A stretch of DNA of 48,644 nucleotides, from the NCBI GenBank assembly GCA_036269295.1, contig DATASG010000228.1, positions 1-48,644 on the forward strand, in the 5' to 3' direction. Position numbers and translations under genes: made by a program. Of this stretch, positions 18,000 to 26,702 are shown piece after piece. Within the stretch, counting starts at the first letter, position 1. Every line of letters starts with the position of its first letter. The DNA is from Vicinamibacterales bacterium. Its GTDB lineage: Bacteria; Acidobacteriota; Vicinamibacteria; Vicinamibacterales; CAVVIG01. The notes beneath the pieces are model-generated. The model did no database searches. It had not been told where the DNA came from and saw nothing but the letters and a program-made list of their open reading frames with translations.

Positions 18000-19055
18000 T
18001 CAAATCTCCCCAACGATCGTGTCGGCGACGTCCCTGGTCGTCGACGCGCCGCCCAGGTCGGGCGTCCTGACCGTGCCGGTGGCGACGACGCGCTCGATCG
18101 CGCCGAGAATCTTGTCGTGGACATCGCGATGCCCGAGGTGGTCGGCCATGAGCGCCGCGGCCCAGATCGCACCGATCGGGTTGGCCACGCCCTTGCCGGC
18201 GATGTCCGGCGCCGAGCCGTGAATCGGCTCGAACATCGACGGGTGGGTCCGCGCCGGGTTGATGTTCGCGCCGGGCGCGATGCCGAGACTGCCCGAGATC
18301 GCCGAGCCGATGTCGGTGAGGATGTCGCCGAACAGGTTCGACGTCACCATCACGTCGAGCGTCTGTGGATGCGTGATCATCCGCGCCGCGAGCGCGTCGA
18401 CGTGGAACTTCCGGTATTCGACCTCCGGGTAGTCGCCGCTGACGAGGTCGGCGACCTCGTCCCATAGCACCATCGAGTGGGTGAGCGCGTTCGACTTGGT
18501 CGCGCTGGCGAGCATGTGCCGCGGTCGCTTCGACGCGATTTCGAACCCGTAGCGGAGAATGCGTTCGATCCCGTGCCGCGTGAAGACGCCGACCTGCTGC
18601 GCCACTTCGTGCGCTGTGCCGCGATGAATGCGGCCGCCGACGCCGGAGTACTCGCCTTCCGAGTTCTCGCGCACGCAGATCATGTCGATGTCCGCGGCGC
18701 CGCGATGCGCCAGCGGCGAGCTCAGCCCCGCCAGCAGCCGCATCGGCCGCAGGTTCACAAACTGATCGAACTTCTGGCGGATGCCGAGAATCAGGCCCGC
18801 CGACGCGGCATCGGATACGCCCGGCGCGCCGAGCGCGCCCATGTAGAGCGCGTCGAAGGTCGCCATCCGCTCGTAGCCGTCCTCGTCCATCATCCGGCCG
18901 TGCCTCAGGTAATACTCGCAGCTCCAGGGCAAATCGGTGAACGACACCGACACCCCGCTCCCGCGCGTCGCTTTTTCGATCGCCGCGATCCCGGCCGGGA
19001 TCACTTCCTTGCCGATGCCGTCACCGGCGATGACCCCGACCCGAAACGAAGACAT
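18000..19055 (-). CDS. tartrate dehydrogenase / 3-isopropylmalate dehydrogenase family oxidative decarboxylase
   Basis: Motifs VIAGDGIGKEV, VRENSEGEY, NLFGDILTD and GSAPDIAGKGVANP. SD GAGGAG lies upstream. Confidence 0.8.
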   Translation of the reverse strand: MSSFRVGVIAGDGIGKEVIPAGIAAIEKATRGSGVSVSFTDLPWSCEYYLRHGRMMDEDGYERMATFDALYMGALGAPGVSDAASAGLILGIRQKFDQFVNLRPMRLLAGLSSPLAHRGAADIDMICVRENSEGEYSGVGGRIHRGTAHEVAQQVGVFTRHGIERILRYGFEIASKRPRHMLASATKSNALTHSMVLWDEVADLVSGDYPEVEYRKFHVDALAARMITHPQTLDVMVTSNLFGDILTDIGSAISGSLGIAPGANINPARTHPSMFEPIHGSAPDIAGKGVANPIGAIWAAALMADHLGHRDVHDKILGAIERVVATGTVRTPDLGGASTTRDVADTIVGEI

Positions 19056-19111
19056 GAAACGCTCCTCTGAAAAGTGCGGACGGCCCGCCAGGGCCCGTCA
19101 CGCAGCATACA

Positions 19112-19138
19112 GCGTCTCCGCGCTCTCAGTGCTCTCTG
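19112..19138. repeat. tandem 9-mer x3 (GCGTCTCCG CGCTCTCAG TGCTCTCTG)
   Basis: Read directly from the spacer between the SDR stop and the tartrate-DH-family start. Confidence 0.75.
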
Positions 19139-19160
19139 CGGTTCCTTCGTGAGCGTGCCT

Positions 19161-19967
19161 TCACATCCCCGGCGGCGTGAAGCGGCCGTCGGCGGCGAGC
19201 CAGCCGCCGTCGGCGTAGATGATGGTGCCGGTCACGTAGCTGGCGGCATCCGACAACAGGAACAGCGTCGGCCCCACCATCTCGCTCGGTTGGGCCCAGC
19301 GCTGCAGCGGGTTCTTTCTGGCGTAGGCGTCGTACCATTCCGGGTTGCTCTTGATCGGCGCCGTCAGCGGTGTTTCCACTACCCCGGGGCCGACCGCATT
19401 GACGCGCACGCCGAGTGTCCCCCATTCCGTCGCCGCGGTCCTGGCCAGCTGCAGGATCCCGGCCTTGGTCATCGAGTAGACCGACTGTCCCGGCTCGGTC
19501 ACCATCGATCGGATCGAGGAGTAGAGCACGATGCTGCCTCGCCGCCGGGTCGTCATGATACGGCCGGCGGCCTGCAGCACGTTGAAGTTACCGCGCAGGT
19601 TGATCCGCACCACGCGGTCGAATTCGTCGCCGCTGTAGGCAAGGATCGGCTTCCGTACGTTGATCGACGGCGTGCAGACCAGGCCGTCGAGCCCGTGCGA
19701 CGCCGCCAGACGGTCGAGGCAGGCGCGCGTGGCGTCGCCGTCGGCGATGTCCATCGCGGTCGCGCCCGCCTTGCCTCCCCGCGCCTCGATTCGCGCCGCC
19801 GTCGCCCCCGCGCCTGCGTCGTTGATGTCGAGACAGGCGACGTAGGCCGCACCTTGATCCGCGGCGCCGATCGCAATCGCTTCGCCGATGCCGCTGCCGG
19901 CGCCGACGACCGCGACAATCTTTCCTTCAAGCGAGAACAAGTCGTGTGCCACTGACCAGCCCTCCAT
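19161..19967 (-). CDS. SDR family oxidoreductase
   Basis: C-terminal part of ORF 19161..21374, starting at the ATG at 19967. Motifs GKIVAVVGAGSGIGEA, YSMTKAG and NAVGPGVVETP. Confidence 0.85.
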   Translation of the reverse strand: MEGWSVAHDLFSLEGKIVAVVGAGSGIGEAIAIGAADQGAAYVACLDINDAGAGATAARIEARGGKAGATAMDIADGDATRACLDRLAASHGLDGLVCTPSINVRKPILAYSGDEFDRVVRINLRGNFNVLQAAGRIMTTRRRGSIVLYSSIRSMVTEPGQSVYSMTKAGILQLARTAATEWGTLGVRVNAVGPGVVETPLTAPIKSNPEWYDAYARKNPLQRWAQPSEMVGPTLFLLSDAASYVTGTIIYADGGWLAADGRFTPPGM

Positions 19968-19977
19968 CCACGACCAC

Positions 19978-20018
19978 GAAGAAACCGCGGAGACCGCCGC
20001 GTTCTTTGCGGTTTCTTC
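19978..20018 (-). other. intercistronic hairpin with perfect 11-bp arms (GAAGAAACCGC / GCGGTTTCTTC) and a 19-nt loop
   Basis: Arms at 19978..19988 and 20008..20018, between the SSF stop (20033) and the SDR start (19967). Confidence 0.6.
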
Positions 20019-20032
20019 CGATCGTGTGCCGC

Positions 20033-21433
20033 CTACATCGTACGGGTTACCGCGCCGCGTCGGGAGGCGAGCACGACGAAGAAGGCAATTGACGCGGCGG
20101 TGATACCGGCGAGCGCCGGCGTCAGCCCGGCAACCCCCCTGCCGGCGGTCGTCAACTGCATCGCCACCATCGCGGTCACGCCGCAGACGATTGCGGCCAT
20201 CGCTTCGGCGGTGCGCGCCCGAGGCACGTAGAGGCCCGCGATCATCGGGACGAACAGGCTCGCGGTGAGCAGGCTGTAGAAGATTGTCAGCAACAGGACG
20301 ATGCTGGCGGAGGTGATCGCGAGCGCCACCGCCATCAACGCGCTGGCCAGCGTCGCCCAACGGGCGACCTGCAGCACACTCGCGTCGCTCGCCTCCGGCG
20401 AGATGAACCGCTTGTAGAGATCCCGCGACAACGACGTCGTCAACATCAGGAGGATGGCGTCCGCGGCGCTGATCTCCGCCGAGAACACCGCCGCCAGGCC
20501 GACCGCGCCCACCATCGGCGGCAGCGCCTTCATCAGCACCATCGGCAGCGCCTGCTGGCTGTCCGCCAGCGGCGCGAACATGCCGCGGCAGGCGATGCCG
20601 AGCAGCACCGGGACGCCTGCATAAAGAACCAGGCCGAGCGCATTCAAGCCGACGCCGAGACGCACCGCGCGATCGTCGCGCGCGCCGAGTACTTTCTGAA
20701 GCAGGCCGGGCGAGACCACGAAGGCGGGCGCGAACGCGAACAAGTAGCCGAACGCCACATCCGCCCGCCAGAACGTCCAGTACGCCGGATCGTCGGTGCG
20801 CACCTGGGCGACCGCGCTCCAGCCGCCGGCGGCGTTGACGACCAGCGGCACCGCCACGGCGAAGCCGCCGAGCTTGACCGCCAGCTGCACGACGTTCACC
20901 CGCGCCGATGTCAGGAGCCCGCCCGCCATGAAGTAAACCGTGATCACCAGGCCGCCGACGGCGCATCCGATCAACGTCGGTACGCCGGCGACGACGTTCA
21001 GGATCCAGCCGAGGCCGATCAACTGCGACGCCAGGATGAAGATCGACCCGATCCACAACAGCAGCGACATGATGCCCCGCACCGCCGCGCTGTAGCGGAA
21101 CTCGAGGTAGTCGCCGACGCTGCGCAGGTCCTGGCTGGCGGCGACGCGCCGCAGCGCCGGACCGACCCAGAACGCCAGCACCGCCGATCCGATCGCGGCC
21201 GATCCCACCCACCACCAGGTCGCGACCCCCTGGAGATAGCCCTGCGCGGTCGCACTCACCGTCGATCCGGCGCCGATGTTCGCCGCCAGCATCGTGGAGA
21301 AGATGAGGCCGGGACCGAGCTGACGCCCGGCGACCAGGAAGTCCGAGCTGCTGCGTACGCGCCGCCCGATCCACAAACCGAGCGCCATCAGGCCCGCGGA
21401 GTACGCGGACAGCACCGCGAGGTGCAGGTTCAC
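20033..21433 (-). CDS. sodium:solute symporter family transporter
   Basis: Multi-TM protein with an SSF-like N-terminus (DFLVAGRQLGPG...ANIGAGSTVSATAQGY). GTG 21433 overlaps the upstream TGA (GTGA). Confidence 0.85.
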   Translation of the reverse strand: MNLHLAVLSAYSAGLMALGLWIGRRVRSSSDFLVAGRQLGPGLIFSTMLAANIGAGSTVSATAQGYLQGVATWWWVGSAAIGSAVLAFWVGPALRRVAASQDLRSVGDYLEFRYSAAVRGIMSLLLWIGSIFILASQLIGLGWILNVVAGVPTLIGCAVGGLVITVYFMAGGLLTSARVNVVQLAVKLGGFAVAVPLVVNAAGGWSAVAQVRTDDPAYWTFWRADVAFGYLFAFAPAFVVSPGLLQKVLGARDDRAVRLGVGLNALGLVLYAGVPVLLGIACRGMFAPLADSQQALPMVLMKALPPMVGAVGLAAVFSAEISAADAILLMLTTSLSRDLYKRFISPEASDASVLQVARWATLASALMAVALAITSASIVLLLTIFYSLLTASLFVPMIAGLYVPRARTAEAMAAIVCGVTAMVAMQLTTAGRGVAGLTPALAGITAASIAFFVVLASRRGAVTRTM

Positions 21434-22497
21434 TTCTTCAGATCCCGCACCGCCGGGATGTTGGGCAGACCGGTCGCCTGCGTCACCGCCTGCACCAGCG
21501 CTTTCGCCATCGCGTCGGCAGCGAGCGCGCCGACCAGCGATACGTCCGCCTGTCCGTCCCATCGGCCGGTCGCCAGCGAGAACACGGTGTCGCCGTCGCC
21601 CATCGTGTGCGACGGGAAAATCGCGCGGGCGTAGCCATCGTCGGCCATCAAGGCCATGCGGCTGACTTCGGCTTTCGTCAGCTTGGCATTGGTTGCCACC
21701 AGGCCGATCGTCGTGTTCTCGACCGCGCGCGGCGCGGTGCCGCCCCGCGGCATCAACGCGCCGCTCCGCAGCAGCGCCCGTGCGTCCGCGAAGGTGCCGT
21801 CCGGCTTGCGAGCGCCGGCGATCACCTTTCCGGTGTCGGGATCGAGGATGTCGCCGGCCGCGTTGACCGCGACGATCGCCGCCACCACCAGGCCGTTCGG
21901 CATGCGCAGCGCGGCGCTGCCGAGGCCGCCCTTCATCGACGTCCCGGGCCCGCCCATCTTGCCGACGGTCGCACCGGCGCCGGCGCCGATCGTGCCCATC
22001 GACACCGGCGCCGTGGTCGCCGATTCGACCGCCCTGTAGCCGCAATCAGGGCCGGGATGTTCGTGGGCGTTGTTGCCGATCGGGAGATCGAACAGGATCG
22101 CCGCCGGCACGATCGGCACTCTGGCGACCCGCACGTCCCAGCCGATGTGGTGCTCCTCCAGCCACTTCGACGTTCCGGTAGCCGCGTCGAGGCCGAACGC
22201 GCTGCCGCCCGAGAGGACGATCGCGTTGACCTTGTCGACCAGGTTGAGCGGGTTGAGCAGATCCGTTTCGCGGGTGCCCGGCGCGCCGCCCCGCTGCGAC
22301 ACGCCGCCGGGGACGCCCTCGCCGTCCACCAGAATCACGGTGCAGCCGGTGGTGCCGCCCGGGAGCGTGACGCTGCCGACCTTGAGCCCGTCGATGGCGG
22401 TCAGCGTCGTGTTCGCGAGGCGTGCGTCTTGCGCCGAGCCGGTCACGGCCGTCGACACGATCGCAGCGCACGCCACGGACAGCGCAAGGCGTTTCAT
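21430..22497 (-). CDS. P1 (S58, DmpA/BapA-like) family aminopeptidase, exported
   Basis: Signal peptide MKRLALSVACAAIVSTAVTGSAQ. Motifs SGGSAFGLDAA and the predicted self-cleavage site VEN/TTIGLVATNAKL. An alternative ATG at 22515 overlaps the upstream stop by 1 nt. Confidence 0.8.
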   Translation of the reverse strand: MKRLALSVACAAIVSTAVTGSAQDARLANTTLTAIDGLKVGSVTLPGGTTGCTVILVDGEGVPGGVSQRGGAPGTRETDLLNPLNLVDKVNAIVLSGGSAFGLDAATGTSKWLEEHHIGWDVRVARVPIVPAAILFDLPIGNNAHEHPGPDCGYRAVESATTAPVSMGTIGAGAGATVGKMGGPGTSMKGGLGSAALRMPNGLVVAAIVAVNAAGDILDPDTGKVIAGARKPDGTFADARALLRSGALMPRGGTAPRAVENTTIGLVATNAKLTKAEVSRMALMADDGYARAIFPSHTMGDGDTVFSLATGRWDGQADVSLVGALAADAMAKALVQAVTQATGLPNIPAVRDLKK

Positions 22498-22514
22498 CGG
22501 CCTACGATACCGCA

Positions 22515-23639
22515 TCACTGCCGGTCGCGGACCGCTGGAGGGTTCGGCAGATCGCGGACCGCCGGGAAATTCGGCAACCCGGTTGCTTCCCTCGCCGCGC
22601 GGATGACGGCCGTCGCCATCACGTCGGCGGCCAGCGATCCGAGCGTGATCATGTCCGCTTCGCCGCTCCTGGTGCCGGTCGCGATCGCGAACACGGTGTC
22701 GCCGTCGACGACGGTGTGAATCGGAAAGATCGCGCGCGCGTATCCATCGTCGGCCATCTGCGCCAGGTACGAGGCCTGCGCCTTGGTCAGCCTGGCGTTG
22801 GTGGCGACGATGCCGATCGTCGAGTTGTCGCCGGACCGCCCGCGGGGCGCGCCGCTGCGCACGATGCGGCGCGCGTCGGCGAATCCCCGGCCACTGGCGT
22901 TGCGTGCGCCGGCCACAATCCTGCCGTCGGCGGGATCGATCACGTCGCCCAGGGGGTTGGCGACCACCAACGCCGCGACGATCAGGCCGTTCTGCATTTC
23001 GAGCGCCGCGCTGCCGACGCCGCCCTTCATCGCCCGTTCCATGCCGGCCATCTTGCCGAGGGTCGCGCCGGCGCCCGCGCCGACGCTGCCCTCGGTCACC
23101 GGCGCCGAGGTCGCTGCCTGGGCGGCGCGGTAGCCGCAATCGGCGGTGGGGCGGATCCGCGCGTCGCCGACGCCGAGGTCGAAGATGGATGCGCCCGGCA
23201 CGATCGGGATGTGCCGGTTACCGTAGACGATGCCGACGTTCTTTTCCTCGAGATACCGCAGGACGCCGTCGCCGCTGGAAAGGCCGAACGCGCTGCCGCC
23301 GGAGAGGGACACCCCGAAGATCTGCTCCACCATCTTGGCCGGGTTGAGCAGGTCGGTGTCGCGTGTGGCGGGCGCCGCGCCGCGTACGTCGACGCCCGCG
23401 GTCGCACCCGACTCGATCAACACGACCGTGCAGCCGGTCGGCCGTTCGGCGAGCGTGTAGTGGCCGACTTTGATCCCGGGGACCGCGGTCAGCGTCTTGT
23501 TCGCGAGTTGTGGGGCCCCGACACGCTGTCCGCGCTCCGGCGTGCCTCGTCGTAGCTCGCCGTGATTGTTCGCGAGCGGAGGCGGGCCGACCGTCCGCGC
23601 GACCAAGACCGCCGTTCCGGCCCACATCCACGCCTTCAT
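22515..23639 (-). CDS. P1 (S58, DmpA/BapA-like) family aminopeptidase, exported (paralog)
   Basis: Start at MKAWMWAGTAVLV (23639). Motifs SGGSAFGLSSG and the predicted self-cleavage site GDN/STIGIVATNARL. The C-terminal tail motif is duplicated. Confidence 0.8.
   Translation of the reverse strand: MKAWMWAGTAVLVARTVGPPPLANNHGELRRGTPERGQRVGAPQLANKTLTAVPGIKVGHYTLAERPTGCTVVLIESGATAGVDVRGAAPATRDTDLLNPAKMVEQIFGVSLSGGSAFGLSSGDGVLRYLEEKNVGIVYGNRHIPIVPGASIFDLGVGDARIRPTADCGYRAAQAATSAPVTEGSVGAGAGATLGKMAGMERAMKGGVGSAALEMQNGLIVAALVVANPLGDVIDPADGRIVAGARNASGRGFADARRIVRSGAPRGRSGDNSTIGIVATNARLTKAQASYLAQMADDGYARAIFPIHTVVDGDTVFAIATGTRSGEADMITLGSLAADVMATAVIRAAREATGLPNFPAVRDLPNPPAVRDRQ
22524..22574 (-). repeat. 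imperfect in-frame tandem duplication (24-nt units separated by CTG) at the 3' end of the DmpA-like gene
   Basis: Encodes PNFPAVRD-L-PNPPAVRD. I counted 18 of 24 nt identical by eye. Confidence 0.7.
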
Positions 23640-23648
23640 GATTGCGAT

Positions 23649-23654
23649 ATTGTA
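23649..23654 (-). promoter_or_regulatory. -10-like hexamer TACAAT, 9 nt upstream of ATG 23639
   Basis: Lies in the 29-bp divergent spacer between the DmpA-like operon and the M20 gene. Confidence 0.35.
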
Positions 23655-23668
23655 GACCCCGATCATCC

Positions 23669-24937
23669 ATGCGCTCCACCGAGCGAATCCTGGCCGAGGT
23701 CGATCGCGCGGCCGAAGAGATCGTGCAGTTCACCGCCGATCTGGTGCGGATTCCCACCGTCAACCCGCCGGGCGACGATTACGAGGCGTGCGCGCACTTT
23801 ATCGGCGACTTCCTCAAACGGCGCGGGTTCGAGATCGAATACATCGCCGCCGGGGGACGCCCCGAGCATACTCCGCGCTATCCGCGCCTCAACGTCATCG
23901 GCTCGCGGCGGGGCGGCGCCGGCCCGGTCGTCCACCTCAACGGCCACATCGACGTCGTCCCGGCCGGCGACGGCTGGACCGTCGATCCGTTCGGCGGGCT
24001 GGTGCGCGCCGGCAAGATCTACGGCCGCGGCGTCTGCGATATGAAGGCCGGCATCGCCGCCGCGGTTTTCGCCGCTGAATCGATCGCGCGAGCCGGCGTC
24101 GCGCTGCCGGGCACGATCGAGATCAGCGGCACCGTCGACGAAGAGAGCGGCGGTTTTGCCGGCGTCGCGTATCTCGCCGAACGCGGGCGAATCGCGAAGG
24201 GACGGACCGATTACGTGATCATTCCCGAGCCGCTCAACGTCGATCGGATCTGCGTCGGTCATCGCGGCGTCTACTGGTTCGAGGTGACCGCGCGCGGACG
24301 GATCGGCCATGGCAGCATGCCGTTTCTCGGCCTCAGCGCAATCGACGGGATGGGGCGTCTCCTTCAGTCCGTCCGGGAGGAGCTGATGCCGGCGCTGGCA
24401 TCGCGCCGCACCGGCGTGCCGGTGGTGCCGCCGGGTGCACGGCACGCGACGATCAACGTCAACGGCATCGACGGCGGCCAGCCGGTCAACGGAATCCAGA
24501 CGCCGTGCGTCGCCGATCTGTGCCGCGCGGTGTTCGATCGGCGGTTTCTCATCGAGGAGGGCTTCGACGCGGCGAAGCGCGAAATTGCCGAGCTGGTGAC
24601 GCGCGTTGCCGCTGCGGCCCACGGGGTGCGTTTCGACCTGCGCGATCTCATGGTCGTCCACCCGACACGGACGCCGGGCGACTCGCCCGTGATCGGCGCC
24701 CTCGAGCACTCGATCCAGACCGTTCTGGGCCGCCGCGCCGAGCTCGTCGCGAGTCCTGGCACCTACGACCACAAGCACGTCGCGCGGATCGCCGGCATTC
24801 CACATTGCGTGGCCTACGGTCCCGGCGAGCTCGAGCTCGCGCATCAGCCAGACGAGTCCTGTCGCATCGACGACATCGTCAACGCCACCAAGGTGCTCGC
24901 GCTGGCGACGCTCGACCTGATGGGCGCAGGGGGATAG
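23669..24937 (+). CDS. M20 family metallohydrolase (ArgE/DapE/ACY1-like)
   Basis: Motifs [20 protein letters not shown] and GTVDEESGG. No signal peptide. ATG at 23669. Confidence 0.85.
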   Translation: MRSTERILAEVDRAAEEIVQFTADLVRIPTVNPPGDDYEACAHFIGDFLKRRGFEIEYIAAGGRPEHTPRYPRLNVIGSRRGGAGPVVHLNGHIDVVPAGDGWTVDPFGGLVRAGKIYGRGVCDMKAGIAAAVFAAESIARAGVALPGTIEISGTVDEESGGFAGVAYLAERGRIAKGRTDYVIIPEPLNVDRICVGHRGVYWFEVTARGRIGHGSMPFLGLSAIDGMGRLLQSVREELMPALASRRTGVPVVPPGARHATINVNGIDGGQPVNGIQTPCVADLCRAVFDRRFLIEEGFDAAKREIAELVTRVAAAAHGVRFDLRDLMVVHPTRTPGDSPVIGALEHSIQTVLGRRAELVASPGTYDHKHVARIAGIPHCVAYGPGELELAHQPDESCRIDDIVNATKVLALATLDLMGAGG

Positions 24938-24947
24938 ACTGAAAAAG

Positions 24948-26669
24948 ATGACGATGAAGGCACGGTTGACGGCGGCCCCCTGTCTCTGGATCGGACTCGC
25001 TCTGTTGCTGTCGGCCTGTTCGTCAGAGCCGAAATCGGCAGCGCCCGCGCAGCTGGCGCCCTCCGGTTCGGTGCACACGCCGATCGGAGAGCTGCCGGCG
25101 ATCGATCTCAACGCGCTGCTGGCGCACACCAGGAAACTGTCCTCCGACGAGTTCGAAGGGCGCGCACCCGGCACCAGGGGCGAAGACCTGGCGGTCAACT
25201 ACCTGGCGGATCAGTTCAAGGCCGTCGGGCTGAAGCCGGGCAACACCGACGGCAGCTATTTCCAGCCGGTGCCTCTGGTTGGCATCACGCCGACGCCGGC
25301 TCCGCTGGTGTTCCGCAAGGGCGGTCAGTAGCAAACGCTGAAGTGGAAAGACGACGTGGTCGCGTGGACGAAGCACGTCGCAGACTCGGCTTCGATCCAG
25401 GACTCCGAGCTCGTCTTCGTCGGCTACGGCGTCGTCGCGCCCGAGTTCGACTGGGACGATTACAAGGGAGTCGACGTCAGGGGCAAGACCATCGTGATGC
25501 TGGTGAACGATCCGCCGGTGCCGGATCCGGCGAACCCGGCGGAGCTCGATCCCAAGACCTTCGGCGGCAAAGCGATGACCTACTATGGCCGCTGGACCTA
25601 CAAATACGAAATCGGCGCCCAGAAAGGCGCCGCCGGCGTGTTGATCGTGCATGAGACCGGGCCGGCCGGCTACGGCTTCAACGTCGTGCAGGGGAAGACC
25701 GGCGAGCAGTTCGATCTGGTCACGCCCGACAAGAACATGGGGCGTGCGGCGGTGGAAGGCTGGATCACGCTCGACGCTGCGAAAGCGCTGATGACGTCGG
25801 CCGGCCAGGATTTCGAGGCGCTGAAGAAAAAGGCGGCGACGCGCGATTTCAAGCCGGTGCCGCTCGGCATCACTGCGTCGATGACGATCGCCAACAAGCT
25901 GCGGACGATCAATTCGCGCAACGTGCTGGCCAGGCTCGAGGGGTCGGATCCGAAGCTGAAGGACGAGCTCGTCGTCTACACCGCCCACTGGGATCACTTC
26001 GGCAAGACCGCCGACGGCATCTTCCACGGCGCTGAGGACGATGCGCTGGGGTGCGCGGCGCTGATCGAGATCGGGCGCGCCTTCAAGAAGCTGCCGGCGC
26101 CGCCGCGGCGCTCGATTCTGTTCCTGGCCGTGACCGCCGAGGAGCAGGGGCTGCTTGGGTCGCAGTTCTACTCGGTTTCGCCCATCTATCCGTTGGCGAA
26201 GACCGTCGCCGATATCAACATGGACAGCTGGAACACGCACGGCCGCACCAGGGACGTGACGCTGACCGGCTACGGCGCTTCCGAGCTGGACGACTACGCT
26301 CGCGACGCGGCGGCGGAGCAGGGCCGGATCGTGCACGGCGATGCGGAGCCGGAGAAGGGGTTCTATTACCGCTCGGACCACTTCAACTTTGCGAAGCAGG
26401 GCGTCCCCGCCCTCGACATCGGCGCCGGCGTCGACTACCTCGGCAAGCCGAAGGCGTTCGGTGAGCGGATGCGGAAGGAGTGGACCGAGAAGCGGTACCA
26501 CACGCCGCTCGACGTCGTGCTGCCCGACTGGGATCTCAACGGCACGCGTGAGGATCTGCGGGTGCTGTTCGCCGTCGGCCAGCGCGTCGCGATGGCGGAC
26601 AAGATCCCCGACTGGAAGCCGGGGAACGAGTTCAAGGCGAAGCGCGATGCGATGCTCAAGAAGAAGTAG
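24948..26669 (+). pseudogene. M28 family PA-domain aminopeptidase lipoprotein interrupted by one in-frame TAG (25329..25331)
   Basis: ORFs 24948..25331 and 25356..26669 share one frame. Only the TAG separates ..LVFRKGGQ from [15 protein letters not shown]... Lipobox LLLSAC. Canonical M28 motifs [26 protein letters not shown] and YHTPLD lie downstream of the stop. Confidence 0.7.
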
Positions 26670-26680
26670 GGCTGCGGCCT

Positions 26681-26701
26681 GAGAGTTGAGAGTTGAGAGT
26701 T
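26681..26701. repeat. tandem heptamer GAGAGTT x3, ending 1 nt before ATG 26703
   Basis: Three perfect copies read directly from the sequence. Confidence 0.95.
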
Positions 26702-26702
26702 T

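Noticed and set aside
19968-23139. N-terminal extensions of track ORFs 19161..21374, 20033..22045 and 21430..23139.
   Set aside because: The extensions overlap upstream genes in other frames and are Arg/Gly/Pro-rich. Internal starts give proper signal peptides or family N-termini and neat 1-4-nt coupling with upstream stops.
25329-25331. TAG reassignment (alternative genetic code or pyrrolysine) as the explanation for the in-frame stop.
   Set aside because: TAG terminates at least ten otherwise well-supported genes in this window, for example at 8198, 11066, 15021, 20033, 24937, 26669, 28034, 38630, 43156, 44980 and 48595. No pyl genes or PYLIS-like context were seen.
24948-26669. Treating 24948..25331 and 25356..26669 as two independent genes.
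   Set aside because: They share one frame and are separated by a single TAG. The first piece holds only the signal and N-terminal region, and the second lacks any export signal. Together they form one colinear M28 PA-domain protein.
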